A stretch of DNA of 64,000 bases from an uncultured Actinomycetota bacterium (GCA_963762765.1 CAVXMR010000035.1:59084-123083), one strand, 5' to 3'. Positions 1 to 10,451 are shown, numbered from the stretch's first letter. Notes: generated from the sequence alone by a model not told the origin. Numbers and translations: made by a program.

Positions 1-570
1 GGCATCGGCGCCGAGGGCGCCGCCGAGGAAATCTCCGCGGCCCAGGCGCAGAAGGTCTTCGACGTCAACGTCTTCGGCGTCATGCGGATGAGCAGGGCGG
101 TCCTGCCACACATGCGGGAACGGGGCAGCGGCCGCATCATCAACGTCTCGTCCGTTGCCGGATTCGTTCCCAACCCCTTCATGGCCGTCTACGTGGCTTC
201 CAAGCACGCGGTCGAGGGCTACTCGGAGTCGCTGGACCACGAGGTCCGCGAATACGGCGTCCGGGTCCTGCGCGTCCAGCCAGGGCCGATCAACACCCCG
301 TTCGACGAAAACCAGGTGCCTGCCGACAGCCCCTTGCCGGTCTACGCGGACCGGCGGCGCGTTTTCGAGACCGTCATGACCGAGACGATGCGGGGCGGCG
401 ACGGGCCCGCCGCCATCGCCGAGGTGATCGCCACGGCGGCCACCGACCCGAAGCCGAACCTCAGCTATCCCGCGGGTTCGACGGCCGGGCGCATCGCCAC
501 GCTGCGCCGCTTCGCCCCGGCCCGGCTGTTCGACAAGAGCGTCCGCAAGCTCAACCGGATGGCCGGCTGA
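1..570 (+). CDS. Short-chain dehydrogenase/reductase (5' end outside window)
   Basis: Open from base 1; DVNVFG, IINVSS, YVASK (YxxxK) and PGPINT motifs. Confidence 0.9.
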   Translation, partial: GIGAEGAAEEISAAQAQKVFDVNVFGVMRMSRAVLPHMRERGSGRIINVSSVAGFVPNPFMAVYVASKHAVEGYSESLDHEVREYGVRVLRVQPGPINTPFDENQVPADSPLPVYADRRRVFETVMTETMRGGDGPAAIAEVIATAATDPKPNLSYPAGSTAGRIATLRRFAPARLFDKSVRKLNRMAG

Positions 571-605
571 CCCCGCCCGAACCACCCCACGACAAGGAAG
601 CCATC

Positions 606-1448
606 ATGACCGTCATCACGCGCTACCAGGACGCGCCGACCAAGACCGTCGACGTCGGCGGAGCCGCCTTCGCCTACCGGCAGCTCGGGCCGGAAACCGG
701 CACGCCGGTGATCTTCCTCAACCACCTGGCCGCGGTCCTGGACAACTGGGACCCCCGCGTGGTCGACGGCATCGCCGCGCACCACCGGGTGATCACCTTC
801 GACAACCAGGGCGTCGGCGCTTCGCAGGGCAAGACTCCGCGCTCGATTTCGGAAATGGCCCGCGACGCCGTCGCCTTCATCCGGGCGCTGGGCCACGACC
901 GGGTCGACCTCCTCGGCTTCTCGCTGGGCGGCATGGTCGCCCAGGTGATCGCCGAGACCGAACCGCAGCTGGTGCGCAAGCTGATCCTCGCCGGCACCGG
1001 TCCGGCCGGGGGCAAGGGCATCGACAAGGTCACCGCGCTCACCCTGCTCGACACCGTCAAGGCCACGCTGACCTTGAAGGACCCCAAGGAGTTCCTCTTC
1101 TTCACCCGCACGGCCAACGGCAAGGCGCGCGCCCGCGAGTTCGTGAACCGGCTCAAGGAGCGGACGAACGATCGCGACAAGGCGATCTCCGTGACGGCGT
1201 TCCGCAACCAGCTCAAGGCCATTCACCGCTGGGGCGTGCAGGAGCCCACCGACCTGAGCGTCATCCGCCAGCCGGTCCTCGTCGCCAACGGTGACCAGGA
1301 CCGGATGGTGCCGAGCAGCAACTCCACCGACCTGGCGCGGCGCCTGCCGGACGCCCGGCTCGAGCTCTACCCCGACGCCGGGCACGGCGGCATCTTCCAG
1401 TACCACGCCGAGTTCGTTCCCCAGTCGCTGGAGTTCCTCCAGGCGTGA
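606..1448 (+). CDS. Alpha/beta hydrolase
   Basis: GFSLGG nucleophile elbow, NGDQD acid, AGHG His; RBS AAGGAAG upstream. Confidence 0.9.
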   Translation: MTVITRYQDAPTKTVDVGGAAFAYRQLGPETGTPVIFLNHLAAVLDNWDPRVVDGIAAHHRVITFDNQGVGASQGKTPRSISEMARDAVAFIRALGHDRVDLLGFSLGGMVAQVIAETEPQLVRKLILAGTGPAGGKGIDKVTALTLLDTVKATLTLKDPKEFLFFTRTANGKARAREFVNRLKERTNDRDKAISVTAFRNQLKAIHRWGVQEPTDLSVIRQPVLVANGDQDRMVPSSNSTDLARRLPDARLELYPDAGHGGIFQYHAEFVPQSLEFLQA

Positions 1449-1524
1449 ACCGTCGGCTCGCCGCCGGCCGGAACGACCTCGGGATCTCGGGGTCGTCTCC
1501 GCCGGCCGAGCGCCGAACAGCTCC

Positions 1525-1926
1525 TCAGACGAGCTTGGCCAGCTCCCGGTCGAAGTCGAACCAGGCGGACTCTTCGCCGAGCGGTACGAGCTCCGTGGTC
1601 CCGTCGAGGAAGAGGGCGATCTCCGCCGTGGCCGTCTGAAGAACCGCCGCGTTCTCGGGAGAGCCCAGCTTGACCACCATCGCAGCCACCTCCGGAAGCG
1701 GGGCGATCCGCACATCGCCGTCGCCGACCTCGGCGACCATGCCCACGCTCAGCAGCTCGCGGCCGAACAGCCACCGAACCGGCCCGGTCACCTGGAGCGG
1801 GGTGAACGCCACCGCGTACGGGTCCCGCGTGTCGTAGAGCAGTTCCACGAGGACCGGCATCGTCACGATGTCCAAGGTCCGGAGCTCGAACGGCACGATC
1901 GCCCGGATGATGTGATATTCGGCCAT
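1525..1926 (-). CDS. SsgA-family sporulation/cell-division regulator
   Basis: Signature YDTRDPYAV...WLFGRELL...GDGDVRIAP...FLDGTTELVPLGEE. Confidence 0.85.
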   Translation of the reverse strand: MAEYHIIRAIVPFELRTLDIVTMPVLVELLYDTRDPYAVAFTPLQVTGPVRWLFGRELLSVGMVAEVGDGDVRIAPLPEVAAMVVKLGSPENAAVLQTATAEIALFLDGTTELVPLGEESAWFDFDRELAKLV

Positions 1927-2267
1927 TGCTCCCGCACCTTCTCGAGTGAACCGTCACGCGCGAGACGATTCTCGCCGCCGGAAGGCGACGGGCGGGCGAT
2001 TCCTCCCCCGCTTCCTCTCGATGCGGAAGAAATTCACGCAATTCGCGCCCCGGCGCTTCGGCCCGGCATCCGGGGTGCGGCCCTGCCCACAACACCCGTC
2101 CCCGTTTTCCGCGTTCTGCCGAATGATCACGGCGACGAGATGGGATACGTTCCGGACGCCCGCTCCCGATCGGACGAATCAAGTCCGCCAGGTGCGGCCG
2201 CTTCCGTGATCACCGATCAGCGCGGGGCCGGATGACCGGATTCCCCACCATGCCCAGGAGACCCTGC

Positions 2268-2750
2268 ATGACCACGTTCTTGCGCACCGCCTTGACGATC
2301 GCCACGCTGACCGTGGCCACCACACTGGGAACGGCCGGCGCCGCGCTGGCTCACCCCGGCCCCCCGGGCGGGGCGCCTGAATGTGCCGCTCCTCCTTCGA
2401 TGGGAAACCAGAGCTTCGGCTACGACGGGTACCCCACCCCGTCTCAGCCGGCCTGCCCCACCCACCAGCCCCCGAAGCCGCCGGTCCACCCCGGCCCGAC
2501 CAGCTTGCCGTGCCCGACGACCCCGCCGGAGACGCCGGCTCCCCCGCCGCCCGCCACCACGACACCCGCTACCACGACAGCCGCTACCACGACATCGAGC
2601 ACCACCCCGGTGGTGCCGGCCGGCAACGCGACCCCCACCCAGCTGGCCAACACGGGCTTCGGCAACGCGTTCCTCGGCTGGGCTGGGGTGCTGCTGCTCT
2701 TCGCCGGCGGCGGCCTGCTCGTCCTTTACCGGTCGCGCCGGAAAGCCTGA
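2268..2750 (+). CDS. Pro/Thr-rich secreted protein with LAXTG sortase anchor
   Basis: AGGAG RBS, signal peptide, LANTG then hydrophobic helix and RSRRKA tail. Confidence 0.8.
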   Translation: MTTFLRTALTIATLTVATTLGTAGAALAHPGPPGGAPECAAPPSMGNQSFGYDGYPTPSQPACPTHQPPKPPVHPGPTSLPCPTTPPETPAPPPPATTTPATTTAATTTSSTTPVVPAGNATPTQLANTGFGNAFLGWAGVLLLFAGGGLLVLYRSRRKA

Positions 2751-2766
2751 AGCCGCTGAAGAAGGC

Positions 2767-2798
2767 GCGGCTGCCGTGTGTCCGCACACGGCAGCCGC
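2767..2798. terminator. Hairpin between convergent genes
   Basis: GCGGCTGCCGTGTG-TCCG-CACACGGCAGCCGC, perfect 14-bp stem. Confidence 0.7.
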
Positions 2799-2820
2799 CA
2801 GGCCCGACTCGCGCCGAGGA

Positions 2821-4206
2821 TCAGTCCGCGCTTGCTTTTCCGGACCGTTGCCGGACGATGCCGATCGTGATCACCACAGCCGCCAGGCCCAGGCTCGCCA
2901 GCGCCTGCGGCCTGCCGGAATCGTCCAGCACCATGCCGACGATCAGCAGGACCATCGCCACGATCGCGACCCAGGTCAGGTACGGGAATGCCCACATCTT
3001 CAGCACGAGGCGCGCCGGGTCCTCCCGCTCGAGCTTGCGCCGCATGCGCAGCTGAGCGCACGCGATCGCCAGCCAGACGAACAACGCGATCGCCCCGGAT
3101 GTGTTGAGCATCAACGAGAACACATCGTCCGGCAGGACGAAGTTCAGCGCGACGGTCAGGAATCCCACCACCGTCGACGCCAGCACCGCGATCTGCGGAA
3201 CACCCGCCTTCGAGATCTTTCCCCAGGACTTCGGCGCGTCAGCTCGCCCGGACAGTGAAAACGCCATCCGCGAGGCGGTGTACAGGCCGGAGTTCAGGCA
3301 GGACAGCACGGCCGTCAGGACCACGGCGTCCATGATCGTGCCCGCCGCGGGCAGCCCGATCCGGTCTAGCACGGCCACGTAGGGACTCTTGCTGACACCG
3401 GCGTCGTCGTAGGGCAGCAGGGTCACCACGATCGCGATCGAACCGACGTAGAAGACCAGAATCCGCCACAGGACCGAGCGGACCGCCTTGCGCACGGTGC
3501 TGACCGGGTCAGCCGTCTCGGCGGCCGCGACGGAAGCGATCTCGGCTCCGAAGTAGGAGAACACCACCACGAACGACGCGGCGACCACTGTGGACAGACC
3601 ATGTGGCGCAAAGCCGCCATGGCCCGTGAGGTTCGAAAATCCTGGTGAGGGCGTCCCGGGGAACAGCCCGATGATCACGGCGATCCCGAGCAGGAGGAAG
3701 ACCGTGATCGCGGCCACCTTGATCGCCGCGAACCAGAACTCGAACTCGCCGTACGACTTCACCGAGAACAGGTTCGTCAAGGTCAGCGCGACCATCAGGA
3801 TCAGCACCCAGGCCCATTGGGGCACGCCGGGAATCCACCGGTGGACGATCACCGCGCCCGCCGTCGCCTCGACGCCGATCACCACCACCCAGAACCACCA
3901 GTAGAGCCAGCCGACCGAAAAACCCGCCCACCGGCCGAAGGTCCGCTCCGCGTACACCGAGAACGAGCCCGTCTGCGGATCGGCGGTCGACATCTCGCCG
4001 AGCATCCGCATGACGAGCACGACGAGCAGCCCGGTCGTCACATAGGCGATCAGGACCGCGGGACCGGCCGTCTTGATCGCCTGCCCCGAACCGACGAACA
4101 GGCCCGCCCCGATCACGCCGCCGATCGCGATCATGGACAAGTGGCGAGGGCTCAGCGAAGGGGACAGTTTCCCGTCCGTCACCGTGCCGGTTCGTATCGC
4201 ACTCAC
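2821..4206 (-). CDS. Amino acid permease (APC, GabP-like)
   Basis: RHLSMIAIGGVIGAGLFVGSG, YGEFEFWF, about 12 TM segments. Confidence 0.93.
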   Translation of the reverse strand: MSAIRTGTVTDGKLSPSLSPRHLSMIAIGGVIGAGLFVGSGQAIKTAGPAVLIAYVTTGLLVVLVMRMLGEMSTADPQTGSFSVYAERTFGRWAGFSVGWLYWWFWVVVIGVEATAGAVIVHRWIPGVPQWAWVLILMVALTLTNLFSVKSYGEFEFWFAAIKVAAITVFLLLGIAVIIGLFPGTPSPGFSNLTGHGGFAPHGLSTVVAASFVVVFSYFGAEIASVAAAETADPVSTVRKAVRSVLWRILVFYVGSIAIVVTLLPYDDAGVSKSPYVAVLDRIGLPAAGTIMDAVVLTAVLSCLNSGLYTASRMAFSLSGRADAPKSWGKISKAGVPQIAVLASTVVGFLTVALNFVLPDDVFSLMLNTSGAIALFVWLAIACAQLRMRRKLEREDPARLVLKMWAFPYLTWVAIVAMVLLIVGMVLDDSGRPQALASLGLAAVVITIGIVRQRSGKASAD

Positions 4207-4358
4207 AGTGTTTCCCTTTCCCGCGGCCGATCACCATCGGCGACGAGCCGACCTTAATCACCGGGCACGGAGAGCGCGGCACCCGTCTCCGGCCATTCCG
4301 AAAAACGCGGATTCCCCGCCCATTCCGCGCAAAAGCCGCCGAGCGCGAACTTCCTCGA

Positions 4359-4565
4359 TTATCCTGTCTGCGACCGAGCGACGGCTCCGTCATCCGGCTG
4401 GGCCGGAGCCGCGGGCACGGCCGGATCGGCGCCCGAACCGTCCGTGGCGAACATCAGGATTCCCGTCATGGTGAGCACGGCCGCCGTGCCCGTGCCCAGC
4501 ACGACCCAGCGGTTCGCCGGGGCGAATCCCCGGGCGAGCGTCTTCCGGATCCGTTCGTCCGACAT
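4359..4565 (-). CDS. Small membrane-anchored hypothetical protein
   Basis: GGAGGTG RBS; basic N-terminus and one hydrophobic stretch. Confidence 0.45.
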   Translation of the reverse strand: MSDERIRKTLARGFAPANRWVVLGTGTAAVLTMTGILMFATDGSGADPAVPAAPAQPDDGAVARSQTG

Positions 4566-4779
4566 GGAGCACCTCCGGTGCCAGTTGCGAGGCGAAGGCG
4601 GCTCCCCGCGCTCTCGCGCGAACAGCGATTTGCAGCGGCCGCCCGATTACCGAGTCGCAGTTCTGCGTCCGCCCAGCTTACTTCGGGCACTCCTCCCATG
4701 GTGAACGAACGATTTCTTTCCGCACTTCTCGGAAATAGTTCCCCGGACGGGATCGAGTGGCGCCGGCGTGCCGGCCGCC

Positions 4780-5289
4780 TCAATAACCGAAGTTCTGCAC
4801 CCAGCACGGCCCGTTTCGCGCGACGAAAACCACGCCGACGCCGATGGCGGTGAACTGCGGGTTCAGCAGGTTGGCCCGGTGCCCCGGGCTGTTCATCCAG
4901 GCATCCATCACGACGCGGGGGCTCTCCTGGCCACGGGCGACATTCTCGGCGCCGGGCGCCGAGTAGCCCGCCGCCGGCATCCGCTCCGCCGGGGTCACGC
5001 CGTCGGGGTTCTCGTGCGCGCAGAAGTTCCGCTTTGCCATGTCCTTGCTGTGCGCCCGGGCGGCGGTACGCAGTCGTTCGTCGAAGCGCAGCCGCCCCAG
5101 CCCTGCCTTCGCCCGCACCTCATTGACCAGCCGGACCACGGCGTCTTCGTTCTTCTGCTGGTGAACGCTGCTGCCCATGACCGAAACGAACGATTCCTGG
5201 TCCGTCCGCCATTCCGGTTCCGGTTCCTGCCGGCATGCGCCACCTCTCACCGCCGTGACCGAACACAACCGGGCACCATCTTGCCTCAT
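4780..5289 (-). CDS. CAP/SCP domain protein (start uncertain)
   Basis: AARAHSKDM, GAENVARG, WMNSPGHRANLLN, WVQNFG motifs. Confidence 0.85.
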   Translation of the reverse strand: MRQDGARLCSVTAVRGGACRQEPEPEWRTDQESFVSVMGSSVHQQKNEDAVVRLVNEVRAKAGLGRLRFDERLRTAARAHSKDMAKRNFCAHENPDGVTPAERMPAAGYSAPGAENVARGQESPRVVMDAWMNSPGHRANLLNPQFTAIGVGVVFVARNGPCWVQNFGY

Positions 5290-5356
5290 CCCGACACAGA
5301 AACCCCGACTTCGGGAATTCGATTCCGAAACCGGGGACTCTGCCACTCGTCGTCCC

Positions 5357-6107
5357 TCAATACAGCGTGACCTTGGCCGTCGACAGGTCATACGACGCAC
5401 CGACCACGCGCAGCTTTCCGGCGGCGATGGGCGCGGCGAGAACGGGATTCTGCTCCAGCGTCGAAACCACCGAGCGGATGTGCACGCTCGAGCGCGGCCG
5501 CGTAGATGTCTCCGTCGTGATCCTTCACCTCTCGCGCGGAGGGCACGAGCGCGGACACCAGAGCGCCCAGCGCGCCGGTGGGCAGCTTGCTGGGGTCCTT
5601 CATCGCGTCCACCGCCGCCTTCACCGCACCGCAGCTTTGATGCCCGAGCACCATGATCAGCGGCGTGTTCAACGCCACCACCCCGTACTCGACGGTGCCG
5701 ATGGTGGGCTCGGACAGCACGTTGCCTGCGGTCCTGGTGACGAAGATGTCGCCGAAGTCCTCGTCGAAGACCACCTCGACCGGCACTCGCGAATCCGCGC
5801 AGCCGAACACCTGCGCGTAGGGGGCCTGCCCGGTGGCGTGCCTTCTGATGTCGTCGAGGGTCTGCGGATGTGGAGCCCGATGGGCGATGAGCCGTTCGTT
5901 GCCGTCCAAAAGCCGCTTCAACGCGGCGTCCGGGGTTTTCGGTAGCTCCTGCGGCGGCGCACCTGCGGCCCCTGGCTCCGCCTCCGCGGCCTTGGAGCCG
6001 GAAGAGCAGGAGCTGACGGCGACCGACAGCCCGGCGAGAGCGAGACCTCGCAGTATCGTCCGCCGGGCAGGCCGCGGCGAGGGACCTTCGTACATTCGTG
6101 TACTCAT
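5357..6107 (-). pseudogene. Beta-carbonic anhydrase with Tat/lipoprotein signal, frameshifted near 5488
   Basis: RRTIL signal, CADSRVP and HQSCGA zinc motifs; expected C-terminus (GKLRVVGASYDL) lies in another frame ending at 5357. Confidence 0.8.
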
Positions 6108-6311
6108 GAGCCGATGCTAATTCGTGAAAATGCCACTACCGGGCGTGTGCGAACTTTTCCGCTCAATGAGGAATAGAACCCCGGCGAATGCGACCAGTAT
6201 GCTGGAGAACCCGCCGCACCGGATCTCCGACTCCGCGATCCACGGATTTTTCACCCGCGCGCGGGCAAGCCACACAATGGACTCTGTCCTGGACTTCGAA
6301 AGGAAACCGCC

Positions 6312-6554
6312 ATGCGCTGGGGCCAAGCGGTCTTGAACGGTGACTGCCGGATGCTCGCGATCGATGACGGCTTCCCCGGCGTGTTCGGCCGCCAACCCGA
6401 CCCGCACCTCGTCGGAGTGTCCTTCCCCCGGCTGTTCCGCGCGGACGCGCACGACCTGCTCGTGCGCGAACTGGCCGAGGTCGAAGCGCGGAAGCTGGTG
6501 CGGACGACCTCCGGCCCGGTGCTGAGCGTGCTGGTCCGGCCTGCCCACCGATGA
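6312..6554 (+). CDS. Small hypothetical protein, possible PAS-like fragment
   Basis: GAAAGGA RBS; pattern resembles the N-terminal half of a PAS domain. Confidence 0.4.
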   Translation: MRWGQAVLNGDCRMLAIDDGFPGVFGRQPDPHLVGVSFPRLFRADAHDLLVRELAEVEARKLVRTTSGPVLSVLVRPAHR

Positions 6555-6565
6555 CCGGCTCAGTT

Positions 6566-6606
6566 GTCGTGAGTGGTAAGTAGAGTCGTGAGTGGATACT
6601 CACGAC
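6566..6606. repeat. Degenerate TCGTGAGTG...CTCACGA palindromic repeat
   Basis: TCGTGAGTGGTAAGTAG matches the arm at 52298; ends in ACTCACGAC. Confidence 0.65.
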
Positions 6607-7385
6607 CCCGATGCTGGCGGGGCTGGTGGCACTGCTGGGCCTTGTGGTGCGCTGCAGCACCCTTGCGCGGAGGACTCGGGCAGTCCGACATTCATGGCCG
6701 GTGCACCCTTCTCGCCCCAGTCTGCTCCGGACAAGGGACAATTCAAGCCGCCGGACGCGGCTTCGGGCGGCCTGGACGCGCCCTTCGCTGCGGGTAAAGG
6801 GATATCCCTCAGTGGCGAAGGCAAGCTGTCCGCACGATGCGGAACCTGGCGCCGTCCCGCGGAAACAACACTTTCACCCGGCGAGCAGCGGCTAGCGTGG
6901 AAACCGCAACGGCGCCCCCTGAGCGAACCGGGACGCACAGTGCCAGGTGCCCACCAAGTCACTGCCCCCGGTGAGCGATCGTTGCACCGCAGCCGGGGCC
7001 GGCTCTCACACCCGTTCGGCCGGCCCCGGCACCCTATGCCCGGCACCCTGTGCCCGGCGGGGCCCGCTGATCTTTGCGTCGCCGAATGATGGTGCGGCTC
7101 GCGGTTACCGGCTAACGCTGGGACGGCTTACTTCCACGACGGCGCCTACACCGAGATCTTTCCCGCGCCGGCGCCCGCGGTCACGATGGACTTGACCTCC
7201 GAGGCCGGGTCGGCGGAGTACGTGTACGGGATGGCGCGACTGCGAACCCGCCGTCTCCGGCGAAACGGGCACGTGCGCCACCCAGCTGGCCGAGGAATTC
7301 GAGAGCAGGCAGGCATATCCTGTGCAGTCTGCGCTCCTGCCCCGGCGCCCGTCGAGAATGATCTCCGAATGGATCGGGGCACCAG

Positions 7386-7646
7386 GTGGAAGACAGTCTG
7401 CGCGATCCGTACCCACTCGGTTGGGTACTCACGTACCGCGTCCAGGGGCCGACCGGTCACGGTGGCAACGGAATGAGGGTCGGAATCGTGGCGGGAACGC
7501 CGGTCCGGGACCCGGAGACCGGTATGGAATCGTTCCCCCTCTCGCCCGCCGGAGGCTCCGCACCGAGCCCGCCGATCTGGATCAGCGACGACGACATCGT
7601 CGGCATCATGCCGTCCTGGGACCAGGCGGAGCCGAGGCATGGTTGA
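7386..7646 (+). CDS. Small hypothetical protein, apparent paralogue of 23793-24047
   Basis: Shared W-x-[LV]-TY, RxGx[LV]AGxP and WIxxxD[IV] motifs. Confidence 0.55.
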   Translation: MEDSLRDPYPLGWVLTYRVQGPTGHGGNGMRVGIVAGTPVRDPETGMESFPLSPAGGSAPSPPIWISDDDIVGIMPSWDQAEPRHG

Positions 7647-7786
7647 CGGCCCGGCCGGCCTGCTGCCGATCGCGCGCTGTTGCCGGCCATCCTCGGCCTT
7701 GATCCCGCCGAAGGCCTCACCGCGGAGACGCCGTCGCACTGACCGACGTATGTCCACAAAGGAGTTTCAGAGGCGTTCTTCGGACA

Positions 7787-8443
7787 TCACAGCTGGACCT
7801 CGGTCGGCCGGCGAGGTCCGCGATGCAGCAGTTCGAGCGCATCGGTGTCGGCGACCGCGGAGAACTTCCGGTAGCTGGTGCGAATCGCGTACATCCAGGG
7901 CAGCGGGCTGAGACAGACGAACTGGTCCACCTCACGGGCGAGCGTGTCGAGCACGCGTGCCTGAGCGACCGGAACCGCGAGCACGATCCGGCCGACCTGG
8001 CGGGCACGCAGGACGCGGATCGCCGTGTGCGCGGTCATGCCGGTGGCGGCGCCGTCGTCAGCGACGACGACCGTCCGGCCGGCGATCGGTACCGGTGCCA
8101 CGGTGTGCCGGTAGACGGCGACCTTCCGTGCCAGGTCGGCGCGCGCCCGACCGGCGAGCAGGGTGAGCTCCTCCGGCTCGATATCGGACCGGCGGATGGC
8201 ACTGTGGTCCCAGAGGAGCAGGCCACCCTCCCCGACTGCGCCGAATGTCGTCGCCGGCGGCCCGCGGACCTCGATCCTGCGGGTGAGCAGGATGTCCAGC
8301 GGCGCAGTGAGGACGTCGGCGATCTCGCCGGCGACCACCAGCCCGCCCGCGGACAAGCCGAGGACTACGGCCCGGTGCCCGCGAAGCTGGCGCAACCGGA
8401 GCGCCAGTCGCTCGCCGGCTTCCCGGCGATCGCGGAACCGCAT
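7787..8443 (-). CDS. Phosphoribosyltransferase-like protein of DevR/DosR-type clusters
   Basis: MRFRDRREAG N-terminus; VVVADDGAATG PRPP-binding loop. Confidence 0.88.
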   Translation of the reverse strand: MRFRDRREAGERLALRLRQLRGHRAVVLGLSAGGLVVAGEIADVLTAPLDILLTRRIEVRGPPATTFGAVGEGGLLLWDHSAIRRSDIEPEELTLLAGRARADLARKVAVYRHTVAPVPIAGRTVVVADDGAATGMTAHTAIRVLRARQVGRIVLAVPVAQARVLDTLAREVDQFVCLSPLPWMYAIRTSYRKFSAVADTDALELLHRGPRRPTEVQL

Positions 8444-8506
8444 GTGAACTCCTGTCCGGTAGCGCCATCGGCCGTCTCCAGCATCACCGCGCCGCCGCAG
8501 GTTCAG

Positions 8507-8545
8507 AAGGGCCGTTGGTCACCGCGAGCAGACCGTTCGGCACTT
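8507..8545. promoter_or_regulatory. Tandem DevR/DosR-like boxes
   Basis: AGGGCCGTTGGTCAC and AGACCGTTCGGCACT upstream of the PRTase gene. Confidence 0.55.
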
Positions 8546-8909
8546 GTCGGCGTTGGGTGGTGACGGGCCCGGAATGTTCGCATTCGAAGGCGGTCCGTCT
8601 GATTCGCTGCCGTCAGTCAGGTTGGTCCGCTGTCTGACACTCGGCTATACCACTGTCTTCAGCCGCAGTCCTCGCTCGCACTATCGCCAACCCCAGCCCG
8701 TACGGCTGGCCCGATGGCCAGTCACAGGGACCCGCGAACGCCGCATCGCCACCGCCGGCACTTTCGCCAGGCTGGAAGCCTCTGTATATCCACCGCAAAA
8801 CCCGGGTCACTGCCGAAACCCGACGCGGGACATCACATGCGATCATCGCTCCTCCAGGATGAAACCGAGATGCCACCGAGGTCTGGAGCAGCGCGCTGCG
8901 CCCTCAAGC

Positions 8910-10451
8910 CTACCGCCCGACGGACGGTCGACGCAGCGGCGCCAGCCACACCAGCCGGGTCCCACCGTCGCCGGGACGTTCGATCCGGAACGATCCGCCT
9001 GCTTCGGCCGCGCGTTGCTCGAGATTGCGGAGGCCACTTCGCGTCCCGGTTTCCGGCATGCCGATTCCGGTGTCGGAGACGACGACGACCAGGTCCTCGT
9101 CGAGAGTCACCGTGATCGCGAGCTCAGCGGCCTCGGCGTGGCGCAGGACGTTGCTGATCGCCTCGCGGACCACGGCCTGGGCGTGCTCGGCCAGCCCGGC
9201 CGACACGTCGTCGAGTGGTCCCGAAATGTGCACCGTGGTGCGGATGCCGGAGTCCGCGGTGGCGTCGGTGATCACGGTCCGCAGGTTCGCACGCAGCCCC
9301 CTGTCCTCCCCGGGCGCCGGGTGCAGGTCGAAGATCGAGGTGCGGATCTCCTCGATGACCTCCTGCAACTGGCTGATGTGCAGGGAGAGGCGATCCCCGA
9401 CGGCGGGTGAGCCCGCCCGGCGGAGGGTGCCCTTCATCGCCAGCCCGACCGCGAACAGCCGCTGGATGACGTGGTCGTGCAGATCGCGGGCGATCCGGTC
9501 GCGGTCCGCCACGACGTCCAACTCGCGGCGGGCGGACTGGCTTTCGGCATCCCTCAGCGCAAGCGCGGCCTGGTCGGCGAACGCGGACACGATCTGGAGC
9601 TCGTGCTCGTCGAAGGCCGCCCCGCCAGGGACCCGGACGGCGACGAGCACTCCCGCGGTCGACTCCCCGGACCGCAAGGGCACGACGAGCGCGGGTCCTA
9701 GGTCCACCCCCGTCCCGTCGGCCAGGTCGAAAGCCAGTCCGGGCACGCTACGCGGCACGTGGTCGCGCAGCACCGCACCCGAAGTGGACTTCTCAACCGG
9801 GATCCGCCTGCCGGTCAGCGCGTCGGCGTCCGGCCCGATGCACATCGCGACCACGAGAGATCGCTTGTCGCCTGGCAGCGCGATCAGTGCGTTGTCGGCT
9901 CCGCTGAGTTCGGCCGTCCGGCTCGCGATCAGGCGCAGCACATCGGTGACGCCGGTGCCACCCAGCAGTTCCGCCGAGATCTCACCGACAGCCTCCAGCC
10001 ACCGCTGCCGGGCGCGGCTCTCCTCGTACAGAAGCGCGTTGTCCACCGCGATACCCGCGGCCGCCGCCAGCGCCACGACCACTCGTTCGTCATCCTCGGT
10101 GAAGCCCTCGCCGTCGCCCTTGCCCGCCAGGGACAACCGGCCGAGCGACCGGCCGCGGGCCAGGAGCGGAACCTCGAGCAGGGCTTGGGTCGCGTCCTCG
10201 ACACCGGCGGCGACGAATGCGGTCGTCGCTCCGTCCTCACCGAGGAGGGAAAGGGCGCAGTACCGCGCATCGGCGAGCCCACGGGCGACGGTGACGATCT
10301 GGTGGAGGGTTTTTTCCAGCTCCAGACCGGCGGAAACCGCGAGCACGGCCGCCAGCAGCGCGTCCATCCGGGAGCGGACCGATACGGCCTCGTCGATCCA
10401 GTTGCGCACGTCATCGTGCCCGGGCGGACCTCGGCCCTCGACGTCTGTCAT
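8910..10451 (-). CDS. Two-GAF sensor histidine kinase (DevS/DosS-like)
   Basis: Two GAF regions, DRDRIARDLHDHVIQRLFA H-box, REAISNVLRHA, DTGIG. Confidence 0.9.
   Translation of the reverse strand: MTDVEGRGPPGHDDVRNWIDEAVSVRSRMDALLAAVLAVSAGLELEKTLHQIVTVARGLADARYCALSLLGEDGATTAFVAAGVEDATQALLEVPLLARGRSLGRLSLAGKGDGEGFTEDDERVVVALAAAAGIAVDNALLYEESRARQRWLEAVGEISAELLGGTGVTDVLRLIASRTAELSGADNALIALPGDKRSLVVAMCIGPDADALTGRRIPVEKSTSGAVLRDHVPRSVPGLAFDLADGTGVDLGPALVVPLRSGESTAGVLVAVRVPGGAAFDEHELQIVSAFADQAALALRDAESQSARRELDVVADRDRIARDLHDHVIQRLFAVGLAMKGTLRRAGSPAVGDRLSLHISQLQEVIEEIRTSIFDLHPAPGEDRGLRANLRTVITDATADSGIRTTVHISGPLDDVSAGLAEHAQAVVREAISNVLRHAEAAELAITVTLDEDLVVVVSDTGIGMPETGTRSGLRNLEQRAAEAGGSFRIERPGDGGTRLVWLAPLRRPSVGR

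Noticed and set aside
6610-7380. Several overlapping ORFs
   Set aside because: No consistent RBS, codon bias or motifs.
8544-8910. ORFs between PRTase and kinase
   Set aside because: Atypical composition and no recognisable product.
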